From Zygnema circumcarinatum SAG 698-1b (lineage: Eukaryota; Plantae; Zygnematophyceae): a stretch of 64,000 nt of DNA. Below are positions 22,362-35,544 of this stretch, in pieces. A program made the position numbers and the translations under genes. The stretch covers positions 2,356,001 through 2,420,000 of the forward strand of contig CM074804.1 of the NCBI GenBank assembly GCA_037447605.1, written 5' to 3'. Within the stretch, counting starts at the first letter, position 1. Every line of letters begins with the position of its first letter. The notes under the pieces were generated by a model. It was not told where the DNA came from. It did not search any database and saw nothing but the letters and a program-made list of their open reading frames with translations.

Positions 22362-23977
22362 CTCGGCCGATCCTGGCGCTGCTCGCTGTGCTCCGCGCGG
22401 CTTTTTTTCCAAACTTACGGGCGGAAAAAGCTTCGACTGCAGGCGGCTCTTTGCATCAAATCGTCTCAAAAAAACATTGGATACGGTATTTTGCATATAC
22501 ATTCAGAGCGGTTTTTGAGGGGGATTAGGTTTGCAGCAGCTGCTTTCCTGCTGGTGCTCCTGCTTGCCGGCACTCTCTGGGCAAAGGAGCCCTTGCGGGA
22601 GGAGATTAGGGTCTGCCAGAGGACAAGGCGCTGGAACTCGTTTTCTCAGATTCAGGGAAGTGTTCGAGTTAGGGTTTGTTTCAGGAGCTGCGAAGGAATT
22701 TGGCTGGAGTGAAGATTCAGGTCTTCATCTGCAGATTCCCTCGGTGAGCAGCCATGGCTTCTGGAGCCTGCCCTTATCCCTGCAAGATCTTCAGGAGGGC
22801 ACGGTACTTTGTTAGGGTTTTCTTGTGGGCTTCTGGTGGACTCCCTTGGTAGGTGGTGCATGTGTTTTTCATTCAGCAGGTTAGAGAGGATGCGCATCCG
22901 TTGAATTACAGCGTTTTAGGCTTTGGTGAAGCGTATGTATGCTTTACAGTGGGATAATTTTCGCATAGTGATTAAGCACAACAGCATGCATGCATGCATC
23001 ATCATGGCTGGGTTCGCACGGCCACCTTTAAGGATGATAGTGAATTAGGGGCACGTGTGAGGAAGGATTTTCCTTTTCTGAACGCTGACCATTGCAGATA
23101 TGATTTTCTTTTTTCCTTTTGTACCGCTTTTAGTTCTCTGCGGTATACTTGTTCTGCGTCATGGTTTGGTTTTCTCTCTTCATGGCAAGCTCAGGCAAGC
23201 TCTGTCCTCTCCATCTCAGACCTTGCGTCACGTCATGAGAACCATCAGTGGAGTGCATGAGCGAGGGCGAGAGAGGGAGGGTGAGAGTGAGGGGGGGGGG
23301 GGGTGGGAAGGGGGTAGGGAGAGGAGTGTAGGAGAGGATGAAAGGGGGAAGAGGGAGTAGGAGAGACAGGGAGAGGGCTGAGATAGAGAGTCGGGGGAGA
23401 GGGAGTGGGAGGGAGAGGGAGAAGATATTATTGAGCGGTGGGCTGGCGGAGTTGGAAGCGGGAAGTGGGACAGGTAGGGGAAAAAGATTGGGGAGTTTTA
23501 AGGGAAGTGTGGAGAAAAGTGAAGAAGGTGGGGAAGGGGAAAGCGGGAAAACGACAGATTACGGTTTGCAGAGGCAGGGAGGACGATGATGTGAGATATG
23601 ACGGCAGAGGCCGAGTCCTAGCCTTGTAGGCCGAGCTGTTAACTAGTATTCTGTGATGTGACCTGAAATCTTGTGGGGTGCTTCTGGGTGTATTGGTCAT
23701 GTCTATATATGCATGAACCAGAGCCATGCATTTAAACCATGGGTTTTGATACTTACTCGGGTTTTTGAGCTGGCCTGTAAGGAGTATGTATGTTGTTGTT
23801 GTGAGTGATGTTGCGGGAGGAAAACGCGGGGTCTGATTTACGTGGCCTTAATTGGGGAGTTGCAGAAGGTGACAGAAACGAATCTCCCACTGATCAAGGC
23901 CTCGAACAGTGAGAGAAAGAAACTTGCAGTTGGAAGGTAAAAGGTTGTTTGAGGCTGTTTTAGTATATCTCAACATA

Positions 23978-24628
23978 ATGACCACTGTACGCGAACGAAC
24001 ATCACGTAGGTCTCCCTACTTCGACTTGTTAGGCTCCTCTTACTCGTCTAACTTGTCCGAAAAGGAGAGTGAGGAGGAGCTAAAGGAGGAAGATGTATGG
24101 GGGTCTCGGGATGGTGATGAAGGAAGTGATTTCGAAAATGATAAACCGGATAGGGATGTGAAGGAGGGAAGCTTTCGATTTTCGGAGGGAGGAAGGGCCA
24201 GGAATAGTGGTGTGGAGAGAAGAAGGCTCGAGTCTGGCTTACCATTTGGGAATGTGGGAGGAGAGGAGGGGAGCTCAAGGAGTACAATTACACCCTCTCG
24301 AGTGATACCGCAACATGCGCCATCGTCAAAAGTATCACATCCTTTTCGAAGGCAGTCTGCTCCGGTGAATGTTCCTGACTGGTCAAAAGTGTTTGGATCG
24401 AGTGCTAATTCTGCGAAGCAGAAGCCTATCAGTGTGGATGAGCCGGGATGGGAGACTGCGGATGAAGGACCCATGGTGCCTCCTCATGAGCTTCTTGCCA
24501 GGGAATATTCCCAAAGTGTCACATTTTCAGTGTTGGAAGGGGTTGGGAGGACACTTAGGGGACGCGACCTTGCAGGCGTTCGCACAGCGGTTCTACGGAA
24601 AACAGGATTTTTTGACGCAGATTCATGA
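23978..24628 (+). CDS. Senescence regulator S40 family (DUF584) protein, single coding exon, 216 aa
   Basis: Family motifs E(D)VWG, RQSAPVNVPDWSK, MVPPHELLARE and SVTFSVLEGVGRTLRGRDLAGVRTAVLRKTGF. First ATG at 23978. Confidence 0.92.
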   Translation: MTTVRERTSRRSPYFDLLGSSYSSNLSEKESEEELKEEDVWGSRDGDEGSDFENDKPDRDVKEGSFRFSEGGRARNSGVERRRLESGLPFGNVGGEEGSSRSTITPSRVIPQHAPSSKVSHPFRRQSAPVNVPDWSKVFGSSANSAKQKPISVDEPGWETADEGPMVPPHELLAREYSQSVTFSVLEGVGRTLRGRDLAGVRTAVLRKTGFFDADS

Positions 24629-27020
24629 AGAGTTTGTGGAGGAAAATAAGGGAACGAGGGCAAAACTGCTGTTGTCAGGCTGATTGTTGCACAAGGCAGC
24701 CATATTCGTACTTTTCCAATATCGAGCTCATAATGGACGTTAGGAAGTCCTGCCTGCAGACTTCCTTTCGAAGACGAGAGGAGGGAATGGGTAAGGCGGT
24801 AGGGCTGCTGAATGAAGCCTGCAAAACCTGGCGGAGCATTTCGCAGGAAAAGTGCTTGCTGATGGGAAAGGAGGCTGCATTTAGGTCGTGTCCAGCAATC
24901 AGTCCTGCAGAGTTCAGGGGACGCATGGCCGTACTAAGGGAGAAAGGGGAAAGAATGCACGGAGCTGTGGAGAAGAAAGTTATCTGTTGCGGGGTACATA
25001 GGCCAAAGGGGAGGGAACGAGGATCGTGAGGAGGAGGGAGTAGGGATGAGTGAGGACGTAGAGGTAGAGGTCAGCTTCCACAACTCTTCTATATTTTGCT
25101 CGAAGTAGACTCAGGTTAAGGGGCCAGGAGTAGGTCGGAAAACTTGGAATTCTTGGATTTTCTTTTTTGCCGGGCAGGTGCCAGTAAGCCTGTCGAAAGG
25201 ACCGTTAGTTTGGGGTATCATTTTCTGGCTGCGAATCTCTTCGCATGGAGCAGGAATGAGATGGTGGGCGGTATGTTCCCCCTCTCCCTCTCCCACGCCC
25301 TCCCTCTCTATTTTCTTTACCCACCTCTCCTCTTCTCTCTCCTCGTCCCACTCCTCCCCGGCAGAGGAAGTCCGTGACTCTTGCCTAATTTTGCAGGAGT
25401 ATGAACGGAGGGACTCGCGTGCTGTGCGTAGAATTGGGAGAGGAATATTCTCTTTCTTACTCGGCTGGTCGACTACAGTTTACCAAAGTTGACTACGTGC
25501 AAGTTGTAGAGTGAGAGTGAGGCCGAGGACCTTCCGAGTGACGGTCCAATATTGCAATAGAGTTGCACGAGAAGGGTCTCATAAGTAGGAGCAGCTTACT
25601 TGTATTTTACAGCGATGAAGAGATAGGAGGATTAGGGAGAGTCTGCCGTTGGCTTCTTTTTGGAAGAGAGACTCTTGTACATGGAACCCGTTGAAGGGTC
25701 CTGCCCTGCGAGTCCTGCACCTGTACTAATACCTCAGTCTGGTCCCTTATAGAAAAACTTTCAGATGGCTTCGAAAGAGCTGTCAGTTGGTGCGAACAGT
25801 GCGCCCTCCCTCTTTAAAAAAGAAAAGACGGTGCATCTTTGTACTTTGGAGAAGCTTATGCATTTTGCATACACATGGTATTGAGGCATGGCTATAGCAT
25901 GTGACCATGTGATGGCATCTGATCGTTTGTGTGGGGGGTGATTGGTACGGTGTCGCATGTGTGGATGGATGTGAGGGTCATGGAATGAATGCTTCCGTGA
26001 ATGAGTCCGTGGCGGGTCGCGGGGGAGCGTGCATGCGGGCGGGGGCTGACTGCGGGTTGCGATTTTCACCGTTCTGAGAGCTGTGTCTGCCGTTCGAGTG
26101 GCTTTTTCGAGGAGGATCGCACGGTAAAAGGAGTCGCAGTCGCAGTCGCAGTCACAGTCGCAGACGGTCTGCGACGCACTCGCCCGCCCGCTGTGCGACG
26201 CGTTTAAGACGGTACCGTGCGGGAATCGCCGCACGCTCGCATCCATCCATCCATCGGTCCATCGATCGAGCCGTCTAGTTCCGTCGAGTTCTTCCCTTAC
26301 CGGTACAGTACTGTACTGCCTGACAAAGAGGGGGACGGATGGATGGGGAGAACGGCCCATAGTGCGACGTGCGACAACGTCGCACAGTTCAATGGGCCAA
26401 TGGCATTCGTCGCTTTACGGACGCGACCCCGCACGACTGTATCGGGATACCTCCGAAGTTGAACGATATTTTAATTAAGGCTTCAGCCCTTATTTAAGCG
26501 CCGATGGACGCATTAAAAGAGCCTGGATCCGCCGTTGTCCGTACGGCCATACCCTACTCCAATGTACGGCCTGCCATCGTACACAACGAGCTGTACTATT
26601 ATGTACGAAAATCGTACTTGTGTGTACGGCCGGCCAGGGACCCCGTCCTTTTTTACAACAAGCCGAACCGGAACAGACAGAGCGGTTGCCAAGGTGTACT
26701 TCTGGCCCCAAATCATGCCTGAAAGTGTACGAATCAGGTCATTCGTACGACCGCGACCGGTTTGGGTTCCCGCGGTTGCTAAAAGGCCTTGAAAGGCGCC
26801 CCCCTTCGCCAACCCTAAGCGCGCCTTCTGCAGGGCAGGCCAGGCCCGGCCATGGCGCCCGGCAAGCTGTAGGGGAGGGATCGCTTTCTCTCTCTTTCGC
26901 TTCTCGCTCCCTCTCCCTCTGTCCCTCTCCCTTGTGTCCCTCTCTATTCCTCTCCCCCCACTTTCCTTACTCCTCCCTCTCGTTCTCCCTCCCCAGCGCT
27001 TCCTGCCTACCTCCTCGGCC

Positions 27021-30000
27021 ATGGACGACCTTCCGAACATCCTGCAAGACAGCTATGGCCTCCGCCCTCAGGGGAAGTCCGCTCCCATGGCCTCCGCCAA
27101 GCGCGGATCCTCTGCCTCCTCCTCCCCTCTCCGCTCCACCTCCGCTTCCAACAGAATGCCAAGCCGCAGCCCTGCAAACAGCAGCTTCGGAGACCTAAAC
27201 AGTTCCGCATTCGCAGGAGGAGGGTCCGCCTTCAAATCTTCCAATTCCTTCTCCTCTGATGACGTTCTGGGCGACATTCCCTTGAAAAAGGGCAATGGGA
27301 GCGCATCTTCATCGCCTTTTGGAGATGACGACATTTTCGGAAGCGCCAAAGTGACGGCGAATCAGCCTATGAATCTTGGAGACGACATTTTTGGGCCTCC
27401 AAGGCCGCCTTCCAAGCCGCCTTCAAGCATATTCGATGAGCTGTATGGGACCAACAGCGGTGGAAACAAGGCTCCTGGTAGCGATTTTAATGGTGATGCA
27501 GATTTTTTTGGAGTCGGGAAGGCATCGGGAGCGGGAAATCCTCACACTTACAGCGCAACTGCATCTAATTTTGATGATCTGTTAGGCGCTGGAGGGTACG
27601 ATGCAGCGTCAAAGCAGAAGGGCAATAAAGGCCGCCACAAAGCTACGCAGCCTTCCGCCCCGAGCGACGATCTTCTTGGGGGATTCAGGCATGTCCTGAT
27701 TTTCTGGCACCATTTAGAATGTGGCTGCCTCTTTTTGTTCGTTAGTCAGCAAGAACATGAGGCTGTCACAATGCGTGTATGCCGAGAGAATGGGAAAGAG
27801 AGTGTGAGTGGGAGAAGAGGGAGAGAGGAAGGAGGGTGGGGGAGTGGAGAGAGATTTTTCTGAGATTTCTGTCGAGTCTTTGTTAGCCTCCTTTTTTTCT
27901 CACAATGTAAGGCTGGACAGTGGTGGATATGATAAATGCATTCTTTCCTTCACTTTAATGGAGATTCTCAGTTGTTAAGCCAGAAGTCTTGCATTAATAT
28001 TCACCTCTACGTGGCACCCTGCATTATTTGACCTAAACCTGTGATTGGACTTTCCGGTATTGGTGGATTTGAAACTCGTCAAACTCATACTCTTGCATTC
28101 ATTCTTCTTTCTTGTTTTTACAGTGGGGAGTCGTCTCCTGCGGGAAGGAGAAGAGTACAGTCTGAACGTCCGAAGCCCGCAACTTCCACTCCGCCCACTG
28201 ATCCATTTGGTGGTGTGGATGTGGATCCTTTCTTTGGAAGTTCTGCTCCTGCTCCTCCTCCGGCTCCTTCTTCAGGAGGAGCTGAATTTTCCGACCCATT
28301 TGGGCCTTTTTTTGTTCCTAACACACCTCCAAAGAATGAATCTGCTAGTGGAAATACTTCGTCAATCAACGGAAATGACGGACTTTCAGGACTAGAAGCA
28401 TTCGCAAAATATTCCTCCGCAGAGTCTCCGAGAGAGAGGCGGAATCGAGCGACAAGAGGGGAATATAAGGAGGGGAATTCTGACAAGTTTGATAAAGCAA
28501 AGTCTTCGTCTCGCCGAAGTAATCATGGCAGGGAAACTTCAGCTCCTAACGACGCGGATGTTTCAGAAGGGCCGGAGCCTCGAGCTCCTCCCAAGCTTTC
28601 GAGGGCGAACTCTTCAGTTGCTCGAGAGGCAGGAATATCTGCACGGGAAGCGAGAGAAAGAAAGGCTGCGGAAGAAAACAACGATCCAAGCTACAGCAGT
28701 TCGCAGCCGTCGGAAGGGCAGAAAGCGAATGATTCGAAGGAAGGATCTTGGGTCACTTTAGAGGATGTAATTCTGAAGACAAAACCCTTGTCTACCCCTC
28801 CTCCAAACCGGCCTCCTCCTCCAGTCGGAGCGCAGAAATTGCAGCCATCGCAATCTTCTAAATTTCACTCACCCACTGAAACGGGAAAGCGCCATTCTGA
28901 GTCAAAGTCGGATCGGAAAATGGAAGTTGAGCCGGAAGTGGAGCCGCAGCCGCCGCCTCCTTCATGGCATCCTCCTAGGAGGCCTTCCTCTAATCAAAGT
29001 GGAGAGCAGACAGCTCGAAATTATCAGGAAACTGCTCCTGGAGGATTTGATAGCTTTGAAGAATTTGCGACGAGTGGGAGGCATAGACGAACAGCTTCCG
29101 AGAGGCATCCTCCTTCGACTAACAGTCAGCAAGAACCGGCTCGAGGAGATAATTTAGATGGGTTTGACGACTTTGTGTCTGGGGGTGGAAGCTCGAGGAG
29201 GAGGCCACCAGTTGACAAGTCAGATTCGTTTCCTTTAGACGAGAGAGGGGACAGAGAAAGAAGGTGGCGTAATCCTGACAATAATCACTCTACAGTGCCT
29301 GAACAACCTGCACGGAATTCGCAGGATATGAATAGCTCTGCGGAAGCTGCGGATCAGTCTGCGGCTGCCATGCGGGAGGTTTTGGAGAGGGCAAAGTTGA
29401 AAGCAGAGGCAGCACGGCAGGCAAGAGAGAGGGAGAGAGAGAAAGAGAGGCAGGAGGTGGAGGCTGCAGCAGCTAAAGCTAAGGCAAGGGCAGCTGAAGC
29501 GCAAGAACAAGCTCGAGTGAAGGCTGAGGCAGAAGCAAGGACTAAGGCGGAGGCCGAGGCTCGAGCTCAGGCTCACGCTCAGGCCCAACAGCAATCCCCA
29601 GATGACTTGGATGCATTTTTCAGTGCAGCACCAGCAAAGCCGCAATATGAGTCTCGGCAGCGGCAGCAGGTGCGCTTATTTTCCTTCTTTTAGTTTGTGT
29701 GAGAAAACCTGCTGATCACGAAGAGTGATGTCCGTGTTATTAGCAGTAATCAGGGGCCAAAATGTTTTGGTTAGGGCCAAAATGTTTCTCTATTGATCTA
29801 GCTAAGCTTACGTCCTGGAATAAGAAAATTTTAGTTACTCGTATTGGCCTGACTCACTCTTTCTGGTTAGCTCCTGCTTCTGGAAGACCATTGCTTGTCA
29901 GTACCACTTCATCAGAAATGTCCTCTTTGAGCTTGAGAAGAGAAACTTATAGTCGTGAGCGTGGAGTCGACGCATTTTGTAACATATGCATGATATCACA

Positions 30001-32511
30001 AATCTCCTGTGTATTCAGCCTTAATGTCGGCTCTTATCTCTCACACACACACTCTTACTCTCTTCCTCTCCCTTATATTCTCTTCTTTTCGCTCTTTTCG
30101 CAGGAAAGAGGTCCTGTCAACCTCGATGATTTAGGGGCAAGCAGTCGGAGACAGCGAGAGCCGGCAAAGAAATCGCCACCAGCACCTTCTCCAGCTGATA
30201 ACTGGGCTGAAGTTTTTGGTGAGCAGACCGAAGCATACGAGTGCTGTAGAACGGATGTATTATGATGGGAAATATGTGTTCATAGTAATACTGCATGTTA
30301 CTAATGTAGAAAGGAGGGGCCAGTGCATCCATAACTGAAAACCCTCATCTTCCTGATCCAATTGGCTTCATTGTTTTTTTGTTTTTAGGTCACAGCAACT
30401 CCACTACTGCTGATTTATTGTATTATCAACGCTGTTTCATGTACTTCCCAATACTTTGAGTGACCAAGTTCATGCGTAGAATGAACACATCCATTGGTGT
30501 GTGTTTTCCTTTCTAAATTCAGGCGGTGTACAAGTGCCAATGCCGAACGAAGCCCCCCTTCCTGGAGAGTCTGAGGAACGCAGGAAGCTTCGTCTGGAGA
30601 GGGAGAGACGTATCGCTGAGCGATCGGTAGGTTGGAAGCATAGTCGAAGGATTTGGGGATTTTTGGATTTTAGGAATTTTTGAATCTAGAAAGTACATGA
30701 ATTTCCGCAGGATTAATTCACAGAAATCCGAACGAAGTCTTTCTTATACTTAAACTTGGTTCTTTCCGCTTTTAGTCCCTATTTCAGGTCCAAATTGACC
30801 TGTATTTTTCTTTCTGGATGCTTCTGCTCCTGCAGGCTGAAGCCCTGAAAGAGAAAAACAGACGGGATGCGGATTCTGCTCGAGAGCAGGCTGAGCGGGA
30901 TGTAAGTTTGCACTTCCACTATCTCAAAAACCCGGAAGCCTCTCATACACACAATATTGTCCTTTCAAATTAGTAGATTTTGTGCGCTTTTGTAATAAAG
31001 TAGCTACTCCAATTATCCTCAAAGCAAATATTGTAATTTGGTAGGCGTTTCAATATGTCCGCCTTCCAGACTTCTCATTTCTATGTTTGCAATTACATAC
31101 ATGTTGGGAGATGCGTGTAAGCACCGTCATTGTAGAAGCAGCAAGAACTGAAACATGTGTTTGTCGTGATTGGTGCGATTTGGCAGCGGGCTGGTGACTT
31201 GCTGGACGCTGAAATAAAAAAGTGGGCTGCTGGAAAGCAAGGAAATCTTCGAGCCTTGTTGTCAACGCTTCAATTTGTAAGAGCTGTTCTTGGCACCTTT
31301 GCCTGCATGTCAATCTATTCACTTGTGCTTCAAACTCTCCCAGATTTTCTTCAAATTGTATTTAGATACGATCGGTTGCGGGAGAGGTCCGATGGAAAGG
31401 CTGTATTTAACCTAATCAACGTCCTGAGTTGAATCTCAGAGATTTCTATCCATTTGAAGGACAGACGTGAAAAGAAGTTTTAGATTAAAGCAAGCAGGAA
31501 TCTCCAGTCAGCAAATCTGGTACTTGGAAAGAGGAGAGAGAGAGGGTTCGGAAGATGTTGGAAAGGTGGAATGGCAAGTATGTGGGGAAGGAGAGCAGAA
31601 AGAGCAAAAGCAGTGCGTGAGAGTGAGATACATGAGAGTGAGATAGATGTGGATGTTGTGAGGCAAAAAAACACGAGAGCAGAAGAGAATGATGGGAGTG
31701 AGGTATAGGGAGAAGGAAACAATTAGCAAGAAGGGATGCGAGATAGATGTTTACAATTCAGGGTCGTCATTTAAGTGACTTCAACTTGCATTTTTTGCAT
31801 ACCCATATTCACGTATTTTACTTGAGGTACCTCTCTATTGTGCAGGTTTTATGGCCAGAGTGCAACTGGGAGCCTTTATCTATCACTGATCTCATCAGGT
31901 TTCACCTAATTACCTTCTCTTGCTGCTATTCCGAGCACATTAAAAGCTTCAATCAAGTCTTGAGAAGGGGATAAGTCTTCAGGGTTCCGTGTTTTTTTCC
32001 TTTCTTTAATTTTCTCCGTTTTGCCTTGTCAATGCCACGACCTGCAGCGCGGCAGCCGTGAAGAAAGCGTATAGGAAGGCAACGCTTTGTGTGCATCCCG
32101 ACAAGGTGCAGCAAAAGGGAGCCACTGTTCAGCAGAAGTACATCGCCGAGAAGGTCTTCGATCTTCTCAAGGTAGGAAATAAGAAATATTAAAAGAATCC
32201 GGATCTCTAACTCGTTGCGAATTCGTTCTTTGCCGTATGTCATGTCATATTTTGTATGTTGTATGGCGTATGCCAAACGTGTCATGTCATTTGTGTCATG
32301 TGTCATGCGTAAAGTGTTTCGTGCTGTTTTCCATCTGCTGTGTTTACAATCACTGTTTTTAAGGTTACAGGCCTGTGGGCAAAGCAAGAGTGGGAGAGAG
32401 GGAGAAGGAGAATAGTTGGTATGGACCAAGCAGCAGCTCTTACGCATCCCTCTCTACTGCACGTGTGTGCAGGAGGCTTGGAATAAGTTTAATTCCGAGG
32501 AGCTCTTCTAG
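27021..32511 (+). CDS. Auxilin-like J-domain protein (clathrin-uncoating cochaperone family). Exons 27021-27688, 28124-29669, 30104-30218, 30523-30626, 30836-30901, 31187-31276, 31846-31898, 32048-32171, 32473-32511
   Basis: Long S/G/P/D-rich N-terminus with DPF motifs and a coiled coil, then [38 protein letters not shown]|[54 protein letters not shown]|[12 protein letters not shown]. Confidence 0.92.
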
Positions 32512-33592
32512 TGAAGGGGAGCTCGGCTCTCCTTTGCAGCGCGGTTAGCTGCAAATTAAAATCTAATCGGCCGAAAATTCTGAACCCTGTCTGCTGAGGT
32601 ACTCGCACCCTTCAGACTCGGTGAGAAGGGGATATCCCGCTGAGGGAGGATGGGAGGAGGGGAGGAAGGGAGGGGTGGGTGTTGGGGGGGCGCTCCTCCC
32701 CCTTGGGAACGGAACGGGATGATCCGGTTCTCCATATCAGATTTTTGTGTTGCTTACGTATGTATAGCGGGGTGAGAATGCATCGCACAAGAATTGAAGA
32801 TGTGGTAGGATTGTTTATTTGGGCTCATTAGAGAAGCCATGAAGGTAAGGTGGCGTCCCATGTGAACGGGTTCATTGGCTGCTAAGGGGGCAGGGTTAAG
32901 GGTTTAGGGACTAGTGTTTAGGGTTCAGAAGTCGTAGGGCTGAGGCGGTGAATTGCCGGGGGGAGGTCTGCGGGGGTGGACCGTTTGCCGCGATCCCGTT
33001 TCACAGCAGCGTGAGTTTTTGTGGTAGGAGCATTATTTGTCTTTTGAACTCGAGCATTACCTGATTCATTGAAAAGGCGGCATTGGAGTTTGGTACGTTG
33101 TGCGTTTTGGCAATGTTTTGCGCTCATCGTTGAAATTTTTCATTTACGTTTTCGAGTGTCTACGTAATATTACTCTAAATATAAATGCTTTTTGTCATCT
33201 TAATAACATAAGTTTTATTGGATTTTACGAAATCCTAAAACCAGAACCTTGCATTCAAGCTTCTTCTCTTCTTTTAATTCTTGCCCATAGAACCCATAGA
33301 TACAAAAACCAAAACCCCAAACCCCAAACCCTGAATGATATCGGAAGCTTCTCAAATTGATGAGAAATAGATATGGAACGAAGAGATTTTGGCTGATCGA
33401 CTCCGTCACTTAATGAGATGGACAGTTAGTTCAAGAAATTACAAATTACTGCCGTCCCTATCGGGTAGGCAGTTAACATTGGACAACCAAACAACTATGT
33501 TGATTGTGTTCTTCTTAACCAAACATGCTTACAACAGTGCATCCATTCTGTAATGCACCGTCCAAAATAAAGAGAATGAGAGAATTTTCTTT

Positions 33593-34338
33593 GAAAATTC
33601 TATTCTCACACCTTTTTTTGTCGACACACAGACCATTTTTCGCCGGGCAGGTTCTATTTTAGAAAAAAAAGGATTAAAAACGAAAAATGACTTTTCACAC
33701 CTTCTTTGTCTATACACACTCCTATTTCCATCGGGCAGATTTGATTTCAGGAAAAAAAGGTTTTGAAACCCTAATTACGCATTATAATTCCACAGCATTG
33801 CCAAAGACATCCGGACAATCATCAGACATTGTGGCATTGAGGGATGTTGTTTAACTTTGCGTCCTCTTTGAGTCTCTTCATCTCTTTGACCCAATACGAG
33901 ATCGACCCTGAAGAACATAGAAACAATTATGTCATCGATTTTCGGTGAAAAAAAAAGGAGAAAGCACAAATTTTAGCATGTTTTCATTGTTTGAATGGAA
34001 AATAAACGTTACATGCCTGCAAACTCTTCTCTTATTGGGTTAAAGAGACGAAGTGGCTCAAATATGTCGCAAAGTTAAACAACATCCCTCAATGACACAA
34101 TGTCTGATGATTGTCCGGATGTCTCTAGCAATGCTTGTGGAATTATAATGCGTTTTTAGGGTTTCAAAACCTTTTTTTCCTAAAATAAAATCTGCCCAAC
34201 GGAAAAAGGACTGTGTATAGACAAACAAGGTGTGAAAAAATCATTTTTCGTTTTTAATCCTTTTTTTTTCTAAAATAGAACCTGCCCTGCGAAAAATGGT
34301 TTGTGTGTAGACAAAAAAGGTGTGAGAATAGAATTTTC
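33593..34338. repeat. Long inverted repeat (arms ~310 bp, about 90% identical by eye, ~125-bp spacer)
   Basis: 33593-33901 (GAAAATTCTATTCTCACACC...AACTTTGCG...GACCCAATACGAGA) is the reverse complement of 34029-34338. Confidence 0.92.
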
Positions 34339-34449
34339 CTACACGGAGAAACTTTCATTGAACTCGCGATGGTGAGGCCATCAAATGTACATGGACAAAG
34401 GCAAAATGTGGAACCACGAAGGACTGGTCACAAAGGACCGAAACATAAT

Positions 34450-34728
34450 AGGGGGAGTCAGACCTTGACCATCGCCAAACCAATTTCGCAAGCCCGTCGG
34501 GCCAATTCTGCATTGTACGGCAGGCCTTTTTCGCCAAAAGTGGACGTTCGACAGGCTCGGGCGCCGAGCCTGTATCTCATTTTTGTAACCTATTTCGAAG
34601 TACGGACGGGACAGACAGGTTCGGGGGGAGCCGCGGTTTCCGATCCGAATTCTGCAATCGAAATCAATACCTTTTCGCAGTCGGAATCTTTGAATTCCGC
34701 AGGCGATGGTCAAGGTCTGACTCCCCCT
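34450..34728. mobile_element. MITE, 279 bp, TIR AGGGGGAGTCAGACCTTGACCATCGCC
   Basis: 27-bp perfect TIR with AAT on both flanks. The same TIR family recurs at 60986 and 62491. Confidence 0.85.
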
Positions 34729-35148
34729 AATAAAACGAAGCTAGGAGCGGAAACCTACGCCTAGGCAGATTTCCTAATTCTAGAATCTAAAGCTCTAAAA
34801 GTCCCTTGTACGGACTTTTTGCTATCCCTGGATGGAATGGGACATACAAGTATACAACACAACACTCCACAAGACAATTCCCTTGAGTTCAATGCGATTC
34901 ATTCCCGTAACAGTGATTGTCTATTTTTTGTTATATCATTACCGACCATCCTTTATTCGTCCGTGGGACGGCCACGAATCGTTTCACGGGATTTACGGAA
35001 TACAGGCCTGGCTAACAACCCCTTCCTCCGCCTCGTCACGTCATGTCACGTCACGTCTCACGCAACAGTAGACCCCCCCAATATTTTCGCCCCTCTTATT
35101 TTCGCTACCCAATATTTTCGCCCTGATTTTGCCAAAACCACTTTTTTG

Positions 35149-35325
35149 TACGGTAAGGCTGTGTTAGCCGTACTAGCCGTATTGACCGTACTAGTCGTAC
35201 TGTACTAGCCTTACGAACCGTACTAGCCGTGTTGACCGTACTGTACTAGCTTTAAGGTCCGTACTATCCGTATTAGCCGTACTGTACTGACCTTACGAGC
35301 CGTACTAGCTGTACTAGCCGTTACG
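35149..35325. repeat. Degenerate CCGTACTAG / CCGTACTGTACT tandem array inside the MITE
   Basis: Repeated (C)CGTACT units spaced 5-20 bp apart. Confidence 0.85.
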
Positions 35326-35544
35326 GGCTCAAGACTCTTCCCGCGCATGCCGCCGTAAGAGGCGCTCGTTCCTCTCCTCTTCTTCGTGGCTTCGATACGG
35401 TACGATACGATACGTTACGTACGGACAAACAGTAACTCTAACCTAATACCGCCCGCCTATTGTTAACACGGACACCCTTATATTTTCGATACCCAATATT
35501 TTCGCCCAATATTTGCCGAAACCATGGCGAAAATATTGGGGGGG

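Noticed and set aside
33305-33335. Telomere-like AAACCCC/AAACCCT run
   Set aside because: Only 3-4 degenerate units, and such motifs are common throughout the window.
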